A stretch of 37,428 nt of DNA, taken from IMG/VR virus record IMGVR_UViG_3300045825_000120, positions 1 to 37,428 of that record. One strand, written 5' to 3'. The notes under the pieces are model-generated. The model worked only from the letters and a program-made list of their open reading frames with translations, did not search any database and had not been told where the DNA came from. The stretch is from a virus. Lineage: Duplodnaviria; Caudoviricetes. The position numbers and the translations under genes were made by a program. Positions 1 to 9,361 of the stretch are shown here, in pieces (position 1 is the stretch's first letter; each line of letters begins with the position of its first letter).

Positions 1-253
1 TCAATAAGTTTGTTGGATTAGTGTTAAATCCAGCCGTTGACCATGACGGAACAAACGTAGTTGCGTCCATTCGGTGCTTGGTAAAGTTTTGCGCCGTATA
101 GGTGAAACTTTCCTCATCAAATATCATATCAGAACCAGTCCGCATGCGGAAATCATCATCTACCTCAGGCGATAATAGATAGGGCGAACCAGTTGCTAAG
201 CCTGCATCATTCTCTGAGAAGTTACGAACGCCACCAATATACGCTGGTGTGTT
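1..253. repeat. Terminal direct repeat, left copy (circular overlap)
   Basis: 1-253 equals 37176-37428 except T127 vs A37302. Confidence 0.97.
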
Positions 254-337
254 AGATAGTGCAACTTTGATGTTATTGGCTGCATCAACTTCTGCTACGT
301 TGCCAGATGTATTACCTTCAATTCTAAAGCCTGCCAT
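1..337 (-). CDS. 5' part of a ~505-aa virion fibre/lectin-like protein spanning the circular junction
   Basis: ATG at 337 after AAAAGGAAA RBS; reads MAGFRIEGNTSGNVAEV...DDDFRMRTGSD, in frame with ORF 35995..37320 (64 extra aa). Confidence 0.85.
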   Translation of the reverse strand, partial: MAGFRIEGNTSGNVAEVDAANNIKVALSNTPAYIGGVRNFSENDAGLATGSPYLLSPEVDDDFRMRTGSDMIFDEESFTYTAQNFTKHRMDATTFVPSWSTAGFNTNPTNLL

Positions 338-349
338 GATATTTCCTTT

Positions 350-643
350 TTAATCTGTCCAGACGAATCGCGCCTGAACCGTACCTGTTAATCGTTGTGT
401 CGTCGCTGCCTGTGCCGTGAAACCCGTACCCGCTGAAATAGCTGTACAACTCAAAGCTAAGTCTAAAGGCAAGATAGCATGTTCATACGTGTTATGGGTT
501 GCTGTGCTATCTGTTCCCATCATGTAAATCTCTACCTTTGAGCCTGAACCGATAGACGCTTGTCCCGTTACCGCAGTGGTAACGATGTTTGTCCCAGGTG
601 CTGCCCCAAAGTTGAAAGTTACAGTACCTTGACCAGTTGCCAT
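350..643 (-). CDS. Small Thr/Gly-rich beta-type virion protein
   Basis: 97-aa ORF coupled to neighbours in the head module. Confidence 0.7.
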   Translation of the reverse strand: MATGQGTVTFNFGAAPGTNIVTTAVTGQASIGSGSKVEIYMMGTDSTATHNTYEHAILPLDLALSCTAISAGTGFTAQAATTQRLTGTVQARFVWTD

Positions 644-1071
644 TACAGTCCTGAGCTAGCGTTTAACACGTCATGGGTGAAACTAGACACCGCTACAGTG
701 CCAGCGATAATGATTTGACCGCCTGTTAAGCCTGATAAATTCAAGTTAGCGCCAGATGCACCGACGCTACCATCCATAACGACAGTCGTGCCGTTCGATT
801 GAACAGCCCTAAACCATGTCGGCGTCCCCGTAGCATTTGCGCTTGAATCGGATGTAATCGCATTGAATGTAAGTAAACCGACAGTAGCCGCGGGTGCTGC
901 TGTTGCATTGAATGTCAATTCAGCCAGTAACACTTGTGTAGATACTGCGGTATCAGCCGTAGCGGGTTGTGTGCCATCATAGATACGCAAAAATCCGCTA
1001 TTTAGACGGGTTGCTAGGTTGTCAGCTTGCCCGTTGACCGTGGCATTTGCCAATTGTGTATTAAGTGCCAT
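643..1071 (-). CDS. Virion structural protein (head decoration/fibre-associated)
   Basis: 142 aa; LRIYDGTQPATAD...LLAELT...TWFR...DGSVG pattern typical of small phage structural proteins; directly after portal. Confidence 0.65.
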   Translation of the reverse strand: MALNTQLANATVNGQADNLATRLNSGFLRIYDGTQPATADTAVSTQVLLAELTFNATAAPAATVGLLTFNAITSDSSANATGTPTWFRAVQSNGTTVVMDGSVGASGANLNLSGLTGGQIIIAGTVAVSSFTHDVLNASSGL

Positions 1072-3358
1072 TGTTTACCCCTGCATGTTGAATACCTACC
1101 GCTCGACCGTTAGCGTCTCTTACCACCACTTTGGGTGCGGTCATTGCCTGCATCATTTGCATCATCATTTGTTGCATGTTTGACTCTTTCATGTCTTCTT
1201 TTTCCGTCTCTTCTATGATTTGTTCAGGTGATTTAATGCCAGCGATTTGTAGTTTCACTGTAGCGTCTAGTTCAGCCTTCCAACGTGCCAAATCTCTATC
1301 AGCTTGTTTGCTGTACTCTTCCATCTGCATACGCTGTTGTTCTTTTTGCGCTTCGAGTTGTGCCTGAAATTGACTATCACGCGCTTGCATCTCTTGCTTG
1401 TTACGTTCTACTTCCATATCGCGCTGCATTTCGCGTTGGTGTTGTTGGTCTTGTACTTGCGCTTCAATCTGTTTTAGCTGCATTTCCTGTTGTGCTTTGA
1501 ATTGGTTTGACTGCGCTGTTCCTTGCTGCTTCATTTGTTCAACTTGCAGCAACGGATTAGGCGGTGGCGGGACTGGAGGCTTACCTCGTGGGTCTTTCAA
1601 GAAATTCTGCACGTCTTTAAAGCCTGCCGCTTCTACAATCTTTGTCTGAGTGTGGTAGATGTTCTCAGGTGTAGTCAATCCCATACCCATCAAAGCCATT
1701 TGATTTTGAGCTATCATTTGCAGTGCTTGAATCTTTTGGTTAGCGTCACCTGTACCAAGTCCGACATTCACGGTCATGTCATATTGGTCACGCCATTCGT
1801 TCGGGTCATATTCCACGAACTCATCACGCAAACGGAAAGCTAGCTTTTCCATGCCGCCATCGGTTAGCAACTTCAACACACCCAAAAACACGGGTTTTAA
1901 CAATATCTCAGCAATGATACGGGCGATTAGTTCTATGCGTTGCTGTGCCGCACTTTGGTCTAATGCTCTACCAGTAGCCGTGTTGTTGAATGAATCAGGG
2001 TTAAGCCCTTGGCTAGTTTTTGAAACACCTGTACGCTCTTCTCGCATGCCTTGGATGTAGTCCAGCATTGGCATAGCGCCACCAGCAGCGAATGGGGTGA
2101 CTAGAGGTTGTACTGCACCTTCACGGGTTTGACGTACAGCACCGCCTGGGCGCATATTCAAAAAGTCATCAATATTTACATAAGGCGAACCTTGAGAATC
2201 AGTGAGGATTGTGTGGCGTGGGCTGTTTGTCAGATAGAGGTTGTTAAGCGTCTGGCGCAACATCTCTGTATGCAGCTTCTGCAAGTCACCCACTAAGTCG
2301 TCTACGCTTAGGCCATCCCAACGATGTGTATTAAGTACGGGCGAGAATGTCGCAAAGGGTACGTGACTACAAATCTCAGTCTTGAGAATCTTAGCATCTA
2401 AGCGATAGACACAGTTTAGTTCCGCAATACCATCGCCATCGATGTCTGCAAGCACGTACTCAATACGCAGATAGCCCTCAGCGAGTGAATCATCATCGGT
2501 ATCGTTATCACCAATACCTTCTAAGTAGTGCCCCGATTGATTCTCTACATTAGTCAGCCGTTCACTTTGGTTTGTAATGTCTGAGGCTCGCAGTTCGTCA
2601 GCTGTAACATCATCAAAACCCATTTGCTTTAGGTCTGACAGTGTGACTTTCATTAACCTAGCTGTGTAAGGACAATCGGCTAATAGTGGTGATGTCCATT
2701 CTCTATCAATCAACAAATCTGCAGGGTTGAAAGCTTCGACCTTGATAATTGTCTTTTCTTCTACCTTTTTGAACCTGCCTGTGTACCCGATTAACGGCGC
2801 ACCCGTCATGGGGTCAATAGCGGGTTGGCCTGTTTGCGGGTCAATTATTGGGGCTTCATTAGCCTCTACAATCTCGCTTCCGTCCTGAGTAAGCATAGCC
2901 AGCATCTCAGGTGTTGCACCCTTAAACGGTACAGAACTAACAACTTCGCTAGTCTCTTTTCGCCACATTACCGCACAGTTCCGCAGTGTTAGCGCGTCTT
3001 TGATAGCAGTGTAGAGGATTAGGAATCCGTTATTTTGCTTGTAGAAAACATAGTTACATGCATCTGTAGCCTGTTCAGCCCCCTTGATGTCATTAGCTGT
3101 TGTTGGCTCGAATGATACGGCTTTATCGGTAGAGGTGAATGTTTTTAACAGTGATGGTAGCAACCATTCAACCGTGTCTTGCACGTCAGAGGTGATGACG
3201 CTTGACCAGCCTTCCTCTTCATTTCCATAGGGTTGTCGGTGATAGGCTCGCATAGCCAGTTCACGGTCTGCGCCTAACGTGCCATGAATGTAATGAGTCG
3301 CAGAGTCTTCCTTGCGACGCAATAGCTCTAGTAACTCGTTTTCATCCATTTTAGCCAT
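1061..3358 (-). CDS. Portal protein (P22-like, Gln-rich coiled-coil C-terminus)
   Basis: 765 aa after TerL; EERTGVS..SQG, TATG, DMTVNVGLG motifs; Q/E-rich tail. Confidence 0.9.
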   Translation of the reverse strand: MAKMDENELLELLRRKEDSATHYIHGTLGADRELAMRAYHRQPYGNEEEGWSSVITSDVQDTVEWLLPSLLKTFTSTDKAVSFEPTTANDIKGAEQATDACNYVFYKQNNGFLILYTAIKDALTLRNCAVMWRKETSEVVSSVPFKGATPEMLAMLTQDGSEIVEANEAPIIDPQTGQPAIDPMTGAPLIGYTGRFKKVEEKTIIKVEAFNPADLLIDREWTSPLLADCPYTARLMKVTLSDLKQMGFDDVTADELRASDITNQSERLTNVENQSGHYLEGIGDNDTDDDSLAEGYLRIEYVLADIDGDGIAELNCVYRLDAKILKTEICSHVPFATFSPVLNTHRWDGLSVDDLVGDLQKLHTEMLRQTLNNLYLTNSPRHTILTDSQGSPYVNIDDFLNMRPGGAVRQTREGAVQPLVTPFAAGGAMPMLDYIQGMREERTGVSKTSQGLNPDSFNNTATGRALDQSAAQQRIELIARIIAEILLKPVFLGVLKLLTDGGMEKLAFRLRDEFVEYDPNEWRDQYDMTVNVGLGTGDANQKIQALQMIAQNQMALMGMGLTTPENIYHTQTKIVEAAGFKDVQNFLKDPRGKPPVPPPPNPLLQVEQMKQQGTAQSNQFKAQQEMQLKQIEAQVQDQQHQREMQRDMEVERNKQEMQARDSQFQAQLEAQKEQQRMQMEEYSKQADRDLARWKAELDATVKLQIAGIKSPEQIIEETEKEDMKESNMQQMMMQMMQAMTAPKVVVRDANGRAVGIQHAGVNNGT

Positions 3359-3364
3359 GTACAG

Positions 3365-3376
3365 CGTTTCCCAACG
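3365..3376 (-). promoter_or_regulatory. GNRA tetraloop hairpin CGTT-GGGA-AACG in portal leader
   Basis: Inverted repeat 6 nt before portal ATG; similar hairpin at 34630-34641. Confidence 0.5.
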
Positions 3377-3397
3377 TTTTTGTAGCCTAATTATAAC

Positions 3398-4693
3398 TTA
3401 TGCCAAATACTTAGTGTTGTATTTTAAAGGTTTGTTGCCAAGCGCACTATTGCTGATTTGTTCAACAACTAAAGCTAAGTACCTGAAAGCATCAGCCCCG
3501 TGGCTGAACTCATCGTGTAGCGGTTGTGTTGCTTGCCCTGTCCTACTGTTAATGTTCCACCTGTACCTCTTGAGGCATTCTATCAAACGCTCGGTTCTAT
3601 CTTTGTTAAAGTAGATACGTGGAAACACTTCTCGCGCTCGGTCAATTCCCGTTGTGACTTCCATGTTCGGTACGCCGTTAGGGTCAACTGTCCAGCCTAG
3701 GTTTTCCATCACTTGTCGGTCATCAATGCCAGTTTGGTGTTTTTTGTGGAAACCGTCATGAGGCAACCATACTACACCCCAGTTCATAGGCTGACCATCT
3801 AACCTTAGCTGCTTTAGTTCCGCACTATAGTCAGCCAAGGTTCGTTGATTACCCTCTATATAGTGAATAATCCTAATCTCTGAGCTAACCTTTTGCGCTA
3901 GTATGATGGTCATACTGTCAGCCATGCCTAAATCGAATATTAAGTGCGTCTTTAGGTTGCCATCGTGCGGAACATTGCAGATTCTGCCCAATTGGATAGA
4001 TTGGCTCATTGCATCAAAGTAAATAGCACCCTCTACTGCGGGTTTACATTGACCACCCCAGATATGCGCGTAGTCCTCTGGTTTCATGGTATTTTCAGCG
4101 TGTTGACGCTCTTTTTCTAGTACCTCAGGAAACCAAGGGTTATCAGGATAGTTTAATTCCACGCTAATCGTATCAGGTGCAGGGCGTATTACCGCCATTT
4201 GATGCGCCTCATCTGTATCTAACTCAGGGTTATAGGTTGCCCAAATCTCTGAGTCCTTAGCTCGAATAGTAGGAATTAGGATTTTCCATGACCTCGCGCT
4301 GATTGTGTGCGCTTCCTCACACCAAACTCGTGTACAACCTTCGAAACTCTTAATTGAGTCAGCCGTCTGGTCTGATAAGCCGCTAAAGTAAAAGGCACTA
4401 CCATTTATCCCTCTTATTTCATTCTGCAACACCTCAAAGAACCCGCTAAGCCCTAATGTAGCTATTTGGTCTGTCAATAGTTGGTGAACGGATTGTTTAA
4501 TGGACTTTTGAATCTCACGTGTACAAAGTATCCTATGAGGCGACTGAAACGCCAGAATAATCAAAGCCCTAGCAACCGACCAGCTTTTAGAACTTCCACG
4601 CCCACCCCTTACAAATAGGTAACGCTTAGGCGCAAACAATGCTGCCGCCAGCTTAGGCGGGAACTCTACGTTAAGCACGTCCTGCGATAACAT
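3398..4693 (-). CDS. terL: Terminase large subunit (PBSX/Terminase_3-like)
   Basis: Walker A GGRGSSKS, Walker B VWCEEA, TYNP coupling motif, FDLG and HGADAFRY nuclease motifs. Confidence 0.95.
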   Translation of the reverse strand: MLSQDVLNVEFPPKLAAALFAPKRYLFVRGGRGSSKSWSVARALIILAFQSPHRILCTREIQKSIKQSVHQLLTDQIATLGLSGFFEVLQNEIRGINGSAFYFSGLSDQTADSIKSFEGCTRVWCEEAHTISARSWKILIPTIRAKDSEIWATYNPELDTDEAHQMAVIRPAPDTISVELNYPDNPWFPEVLEKERQHAENTMKPEDYAHIWGGQCKPAVEGAIYFDAMSQSIQLGRICNVPHDGNLKTHLIFDLGMADSMTIILAQKVSSEIRIIHYIEGNQRTLADYSAELKQLRLDGQPMNWGVVWLPHDGFHKKHQTGIDDRQVMENLGWTVDPNGVPNMEVTTGIDRAREVFPRIYFNKDRTERLIECLKRYRWNINSRTGQATQPLHDEFSHGADAFRYLALVVEQISNSALGNKPLKYNTKYLA

Positions 4694-5066
4694 TGATTAC
4701 CCTCGGGAAACTGACATCTAAATCCATCTTAGTCGGTTCAACTACCCCGCTTGCTTTTCCCCTAGCGACTTCTGCGCTTATAGCGGCGCTGTATTGCTTT
4801 TCCTTAGCTGCCATATTGCGAAGCTTTAAAAGGTCTTCTAGGTGCGTTTTAAGCGTGATTTGAGCTATTTCGGCTACTGGCTTGCGTAGTTCTGCTATCC
4901 TACCCGCAACCTCCCCGTCAGACATCAGTTCTGAAGCCCTTTTGTGTACAGTAGCTGCTTTAGTGCCTTCCCCTACATTAAATGCTGAACGGTAAGCATC
5001 TGACTGGCTTACGCCTGTGACGATAGCCTGTGCAAAAGCTTCTTGCTTAGGGGTTAGTGTACTCAT
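4671..5066 (-). CDS. terS: Terminase small subunit
   Basis: LTPKQEAFAQ...SDAYRSAF HTH-type N-terminus; directly upstream of TerL. Confidence 0.85.
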   Translation of the reverse strand: MSTLTPKQEAFAQAIVTGVSQSDAYRSAFNVGEGTKAATVHKRASELMSDGEVAGRIAELRKPVAEIAQITLKTHLEDLLKLRNMAAKEKQYSAAISAEVARGKASGVVEPTKMDLDVSFPRVINVIAGRA

Positions 5067-6331
5067 ACCACCTCACTAACTGCTTTGGTACTATCAGCCT
5101 CGACCTCTGCGAATGTTGCACCTGTAGCTGCGTGTGTTGCTTGTTTACCAGTGAACTCCTGCCAGCGGCGAACAATCACATCCACATACTTGGGGTCAAG
5201 CTCCATTAGTCTAGAGTAACGCCCTGATTTTTCACACGCAATAAGTGTAGAACCTCCACCCCCAAACAAGTCAAGCACTACGTCTTGCCCTTTTGTATTG
5301 TTTAATACCTGATACTCAATAAGCTCTACAGGCTTCATTGTTGGATGAAGCCCATTTCTTGATGGACGGTCGAACTCTAGAATAGTTGTCTGCTTACGGT
5401 CTGTTGACCATAAATGTGCTGCGCCATCCTTCCACCCATACAAACAAGGCTCATGCTTCCAGTGATAGTCTTGACGACCCATAACAAGTGTTTGTTTTTT
5501 CCAAATTAAACACTGGCGAACTGTCCAGCCAGTGTCTTTGCATGCGCCACGGAAGTTGTAACCCTCTGAATCAGCATGCCATATATAAAACACAGCACCT
5601 GACTTCATAACAGCATCTGCAGCCACAAAAGCATCCATCAGAAATTGACGGAAATTGTCGTCACTCATACTGTCGTTTTGTATGGTTAGCGCGTCTTTTG
5701 TCTTTCCAGTGTATGCAACGTTATAAGGCGGGTCAGTAACCAATTGGTCAACCAACCCTCCATCCATCAGCGTTTCAACCGAATCAATACTCGTCGAATC
5801 ACCACACATTAACCTATGCTTACCAAGCAGCCAAACGTCACCAATCTTGCTTATTGGGTCAGGCCGTACATCTGGCACAGCGTCCTCGTCGGTCAATCCT
5901 TCGGGAATAACATCTGGCGACATTGCTTCTATCTCATCCAGTGTGAAGCCTGTCAACTCCAAATCAAAGCCAGCATCTTTCAGGTCGGCAAACTCTAATT
6001 TTAGTAATTCACTATCCCACCCTGCATTCAGTGCTAGTTTGTTATCAGCTATCACATAGGCTCGTTTTTGCGTCTCTGTGAGGTAATCTAGCATGATGCA
6101 TGGCACAGACTCAAGTTTCAATTTACGCGCTGCAAGCACCCTACCATGACCTGCAATAATGCCACCTTCAGCATCTATCAATATAGGGTTAGTAAATCCA
6201 AACTCTTTAATGCTTGCTGCAATTTGCGCCACTTGAGCATCATCATGGGTTCGACTATTTTTAACATAAGGGATTAAATCCTCTATTGCTAAATATTCGA
6301 TAGTTGATTCTTGTTTACTTGTTAGGCTCAT
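5063..6331 (-). CDS. ParB/Srx-domain fused N6-adenine/N4-cytosine DNA methyltransferase (beta class)
   Basis: N-term SIKEFGFTNPILID..IIAGHGR..IADNKL; TDPPY catalytic motif before HPTMKP and DLFGGGGST SAM motif. Confidence 0.92.
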   Translation of the reverse strand: MSLTSKQESTIEYLAIEDLIPYVKNSRTHDDAQVAQIAASIKEFGFTNPILIDAEGGIIAGHGRVLAARKLKLESVPCIMLDYLTETQKRAYVIADNKLALNAGWDSELLKLEFADLKDAGFDLELTGFTLDEIEAMSPDVIPEGLTDEDAVPDVRPDPISKIGDVWLLGKHRLMCGDSTSIDSVETLMDGGLVDQLVTDPPYNVAYTGKTKDALTIQNDSMSDDNFRQFLMDAFVAADAVMKSGAVFYIWHADSEGYNFRGACKDTGWTVRQCLIWKKQTLVMGRQDYHWKHEPCLYGWKDGAAHLWSTDRKQTTILEFDRPSRNGLHPTMKPVELIEYQVLNNTKGQDVVLDLFGGGGSTLIACEKSGRYSRLMELDPKYVDVIVRRWQEFTGKQATHAATGATFAEVEADSTKAVSEVV

Positions 6332-6555
6332 TTAACACTAACCCCCATCATTATCAGCTCGCAAGCATTAACGATTTTTAACTCATAGGCTAATTGCGCG
6401 GCTTGCTGCTTTTTAGTTAGTGACTCCCATTCGTTATCAGTCATAACGGGTAAGTCTAAGAAGCTATTTGATGGATATATTTGCACTGGTGTTGCGCCAA
6501 TAGCAGTCCCTTTGTTTGGCATATCACCAAAACTACCTATTACTGATTTATTCAT
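6328..6555 (-). CDS. Hypothetical protein
   Basis: 75-aa ORF with ATGA overlaps. Confidence 0.6.
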   Translation of the reverse strand: MNKSVIGSFGDMPNKGTAIGATPVQIYPSNSFLDLPVMTDNEWESLTKKQQAAQLAYELKIVNACELIMMGVSVK

Positions 6556-6728
6556 TGAGTTCCCTTGGGAGTGTTCGTAAGCATCATTTTAACATGATTA
6601 AACAATGGTTCTACCCTATTTTTCTCAGCTATATACGCCCAATAATGCTCATTATGGATGTATCCATTGCAAGCATGTAACGGTACACCGTACTCATTAA
6701 CCCCATCTTTTTCGACGTGTTGTTTCAT
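6552..6728 (-). CDS. Hypothetical protein, 58 aa (not in ORF track)
   Basis: MKQHVEKDGVNEYG...PKGTQ; ATGA overlaps at both ends. Confidence 0.6.
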   Translation of the reverse strand: MKQHVEKDGVNEYGVPLHACNGYIHNEHYWAYIAEKNRVEPLFNHVKMMLTNTPKGTQ

Positions 6729-7141
6729 TTTTCCGTCTTTACGTGATTAGGCATGGCGTTACAAATAGACATATATTCACGCGCACTCACACCATTAGCC
6801 ACCGTCTCGAATGTGGCTATCATTTCCCGCAAAGCCTCAGCACTTACAGCATCAAGTCTAAATGGCTTCCCATCATCTGTCCTTGTGTATGCCTTCGCCA
6901 GTGCTCCAACTGAGTTTTCAATCAATCCACCATCATCAATATGGCCTAACTCTTTTGCCGACATGAAAAAGCTATACAAGGTAGCTAAATCAATCCGTGA
7001 CCGTTCCTCACTTACCCCTCTTAAGACATCATCAAGGGCTGAATTAAATGCTGTTGTACGTGTTTTAATCCTAGGCCATGCTATAGGAATCTTCGTACTA
7101 GCTGCCTTCAAATCCTTACGGGTAAATAACGGCTTATTCAT
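6725..7141 (-). CDS. Hypothetical protein
   Basis: 138-aa ORF coupled to neighbours. Confidence 0.7.
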   Translation of the reverse strand: MNKPLFTRKDLKAASTKIPIAWPRIKTRTTAFNSALDDVLRGVSEERSRIDLATLYSFFMSAKELGHIDDGGLIENSVGALAKAYTRTDDGKPFRLDAVSAEALREMIATFETVANGVSAREYMSICNAMPNHVKTEK

Positions 7142-7833
7142 ATCATAGCCTTAGCGAATGGATTAGCCCCTACCCATCGTGTCATTAGTACATTTGTTGG
7201 CATTGTCTCTACCATCTCTTTTGCTTCGCGTTTTAGCCTAGCTTTTTCCCTAGCTTTTGCGTTTATCTCATCGCGTTTCAGCCAGTATCGTGCTATTTGT
7301 TTAGCTCTTAATAGCTCTCGATTTCTTTCTTTGTAACTTTTATCAATTAGTGCACCTTTTTCCTTGTACTTCTCCCTGTATCGTTTAGCTCTTTGCGCTT
7401 CTAAAAATTTACTACTTGGGCGTGTTGCATCTATTCCATAACCTTTGTCAAATATCGGATAAATTGTATTTGAGCCAGTTTCGTAACCTGTGATGTGGAT
7501 TAGCTTATGCTCGCGTAGTAGCTTCAAAGCCCTCCAGATTGAGTCTTTATGCATACCCATCTTTTCCTTTAGCCCCAATTGGCTAACTGGCATCATCCGA
7601 TAAATAACCGTAGCTGTTGGGCTTTTCCTGATACGTGGCGATACTTCCTCTACAACTGTTATGCGCCACTTCTTTTTAAGGCGATAACAATAGTTTTCAA
7701 TTAAGGGTTGTGCGCAAACGAACTGATTTACTGTCAAATCTAATGATGTACATATTTGTTTAGTCTCTATACCGTCATGGCTTTTAATTAGGTCTATTAT
7801 TCTTTTTGCGTTGATTTCGTATGCGTATTTCAT
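7138..7833 (-). CDS. Putative winged-HTH DNA-binding protein with basic C-terminal helix
   Basis: KEKMGMHKDSIWRALKLLREHKLIHI HTH-like segment; K/R-rich tail. Confidence 0.55.
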   Translation of the reverse strand: MKYAYEINAKRIIDLIKSHDGIETKQICTSLDLTVNQFVCAQPLIENYCYRLKKKWRITVVEEVSPRIRKSPTATVIYRMMPVSQLGLKEKMGMHKDSIWRALKLLREHKLIHITGYETGSNTIYPIFDKGYGIDATRPSSKFLEAQRAKRYREKYKEKGALIDKSYKERNRELLRAKQIARYWLKRDEINAKAREKARLKREAKEMVETMPTNVLMTRWVGANPFAKAMI

Positions 7834-8024
7834 GATTTTTCTAGCCTCATACCTTCATTAACTGATGCTATAAAGCTATCTAATTCAGTTCCTATTCGTG
7901 CTTTCTCCAATTCCTCCAACCTTTCGGCGGCTTCAGTCATTACATTACCTTGATTGATATAGCCACCAGCATTTATGAATGTAGCTTGTAGCTTTAGGGT
8001 TTCGATTAGTTCTTGCGTTGTCAT
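7830..8024 (-). CDS. Hypothetical protein
   Basis: 64 aa; EAAERLEELE pattern common in small phage ORFs. Confidence 0.65.
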   Translation of the reverse strand: MTTQELIETLKLQATFINAGGYINQGNVMTEAAERLEELEKARIGTELDSFIASVNEGMRLEKS

Positions 8025-8227
8025 GTGTTAGCTCTTGTTGTATCAGGATATTCAAGAACTTTCAGCACTGTTAAATCGCTTCCAGCCGTGGCGTAGTGCC
8101 CCGCTAGTGTGATAGCCTTCATTTCAGATTCTGGTGTTAAATTAGCGCGTTTAACCGTCTCTAATAGTAGGATAGCTAGTAGCTTTTCTTTTGATGTGTA
8201 CATAATTCTCCTGTTGTTGCTTAGCAT
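8021..8227 (-). CDS. Hypothetical protein (likely start at MYTSKEK)
   Basis: ORF with CAGGAG RBS before internal ATG. Confidence 0.6.
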   Translation of the reverse strand: MLSNNRRIMYTSKEKLLAILLLETVKRANLTPESEMKAITLAGHYATAGSDLTVLKVLEYPDTTRANT

Positions 8228-8247
8228 TATTGCTGGGGTATGATGTA

Positions 8248-8290
8248 ATTATCTATAGATTTTTTAAGATTTATATTAGGGGAAACCCTA
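8248..8290 (-). promoter_or_regulatory. TAGGG-N4-CCCTA site + 23 bp + GATAAT (-10)
   Basis: Palindrome 8277-8290; -10 hexamer at 8253-8248. Confidence 0.75.
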
Positions 8291-8866
8291 GGTTTTCAGG
8301 TTTTTTAGCTTATTTTTGTAGATTTTTTCAATCTCACGCAAATCGTCCTTAGAGTAATGGTGCAATTTATGGTCACCCTCTAAAGCCTCGACGCGCTCTA
8401 AACCGATTCTTTTAACCAATCCAATTCTGTAATTCGCAGCATTTCCCGAAAGTTGGTTATTACAGTGTTTACATTGTGCATGTGCGTTATCTTCATTAAA
8501 TCTTAAATTCACCCTAGCGCCTACACTTAGCCAGTGACCACAATCGCATACGCCACCAGTAGCCCCGCTATCCCATTTAATAGGACTGTCGCAGCTTATG
8601 CATGGCTTCCCGTAGTCTCGCGCCCGAATGTAGGCATTGAAGGCTATCTGCGTAGCTTTGGTTAGTACGGGTTTTGTCTCGGTAAAAACTTTGAGTTTTG
8701 CTTTAGTCTCTTTTTCCTCTACTTTTTTGCGCTTAGCTTTGTTTATTTCAACTACAGCCATGAAACACCCAAATAAATCACAAATTTTTTGATTTACTCG
8801 CTCTTTTTTAAATGTAGTTTTACAAATAGCGCACTTGTAAGTTTTTGTCAGACTAATGGCTCGCAC
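8288..8866 (-). CDS. ninG: NinG/Rap-family recombination endonuclease
   Basis: CAIC...FNAYIRARD.GKPCISC...DCGHWLSVGA...NAHAQCKHCNNQLSGN..YRIGL. Confidence 0.9.
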   Translation of the reverse strand: MRAISLTKTYKCAICKTTFKKERVNQKICDLFGCFMAVVEINKAKRKKVEEKETKAKLKVFTETKPVLTKATQIAFNAYIRARDYGKPCISCDSPIKWDSGATGGVCDCGHWLSVGARVNLRFNEDNAHAQCKHCNNQLSGNAANYRIGLVKRIGLERVEALEGDHKLHHYSKDDLREIEKIYKNKLKNLKT

Positions 8867-9032
8867 TTAGCCGCTCCTTGACTAATTCAATTACAGCCGT
8901 CGTTGCTGCTTGTCTATCATCTTTATTTGCATAATGATACGTACCCAAAGCAGCCATAACGTTAATTTTCGATATCACTTCATCGTGAATTTTATCCACT
9001 AGCTCGGACTCTTTGCGTGTAAATTCATTCAT
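8853..9032 (-). CDS. Hypothetical protein, 59 aa (not in ORF track)
   Basis: MNEFTRKESELVDK...LSASH; ATGA overlap with upstream gene; fills the gap. Confidence 0.6.
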   Translation of the reverse strand: MNEFTRKESELVDKIHDEVISKINVMAALGTYHYANKDDRQAATTAVIELVKERLSASH

Positions 9033-9361
9033 CTGTGTGTCCTATCTATTTGACGGTTGTTTGCGCTTTCAGTTCTCCAAATCTCTATCTTAGCTTCTGC
9101 CGCTGTTAACTGCCACTTTAGCGTCTCTTCCGACTCTACAGCAACCCGTAAACCGCTTAGCAATGCTATGTAATCAGGGTGTGCGTAAGCGTATATCTCT
9201 TTTGCAGCCGATGTCTTTTCGTCGCTTTCAGCCATCAATAGGGCTTTTTTTGACTTGCGGAACTGTTCAAGGTAAATCCGTTCGCTTTTGGCTTTTGCGT
9301 ACTTAGGCGCATTATCACGAATGAACTCAGCCGCTTTGGTTGGTAGTGGAATATCACTCAT
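9029..9361 (-). CDS. Helical phage protein (possible recombination mediator)
   Basis: 110 aa; YAKAKSERIYLEQFRKS...AYAHPDY...IEIWRT; next to ninG. Confidence 0.6.
   Translation of the reverse strand: MSDIPLPTKAAEFIRDNAPKYAKAKSERIYLEQFRKSKKALLMAESDEKTSAAKEIYAYAHPDYIALLSGLRVAVESEETLKWQLTAAEAKIEIWRTESANNRQIDRTHR

Noticed and set aside
1-253. Physical T7-like terminal repeat
   Set aside because: It falls mid-gene and TerL looks PBSX/headful type; more likely an assembly overlap
1131-3614. Plus-strand ORFs opposite portal and terL (and similar ones opposite ejection, scaffold and repeat genes)
   Set aside because: Shadow frames of well-supported genes
5063-6331. Plasmid-prophage partition system
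   Set aside because: The ParB-like domain is fused to a methyltransferase; no ParA or parS array seen
6605-6618. Partial TAGGG/CCCTA sites at ~6605, ~11907 and ~21513
   Set aside because: Half-sites only; the 6605 site has a 13-bp rather than 23-bp spacer, and I did not establish the geometry for the other two
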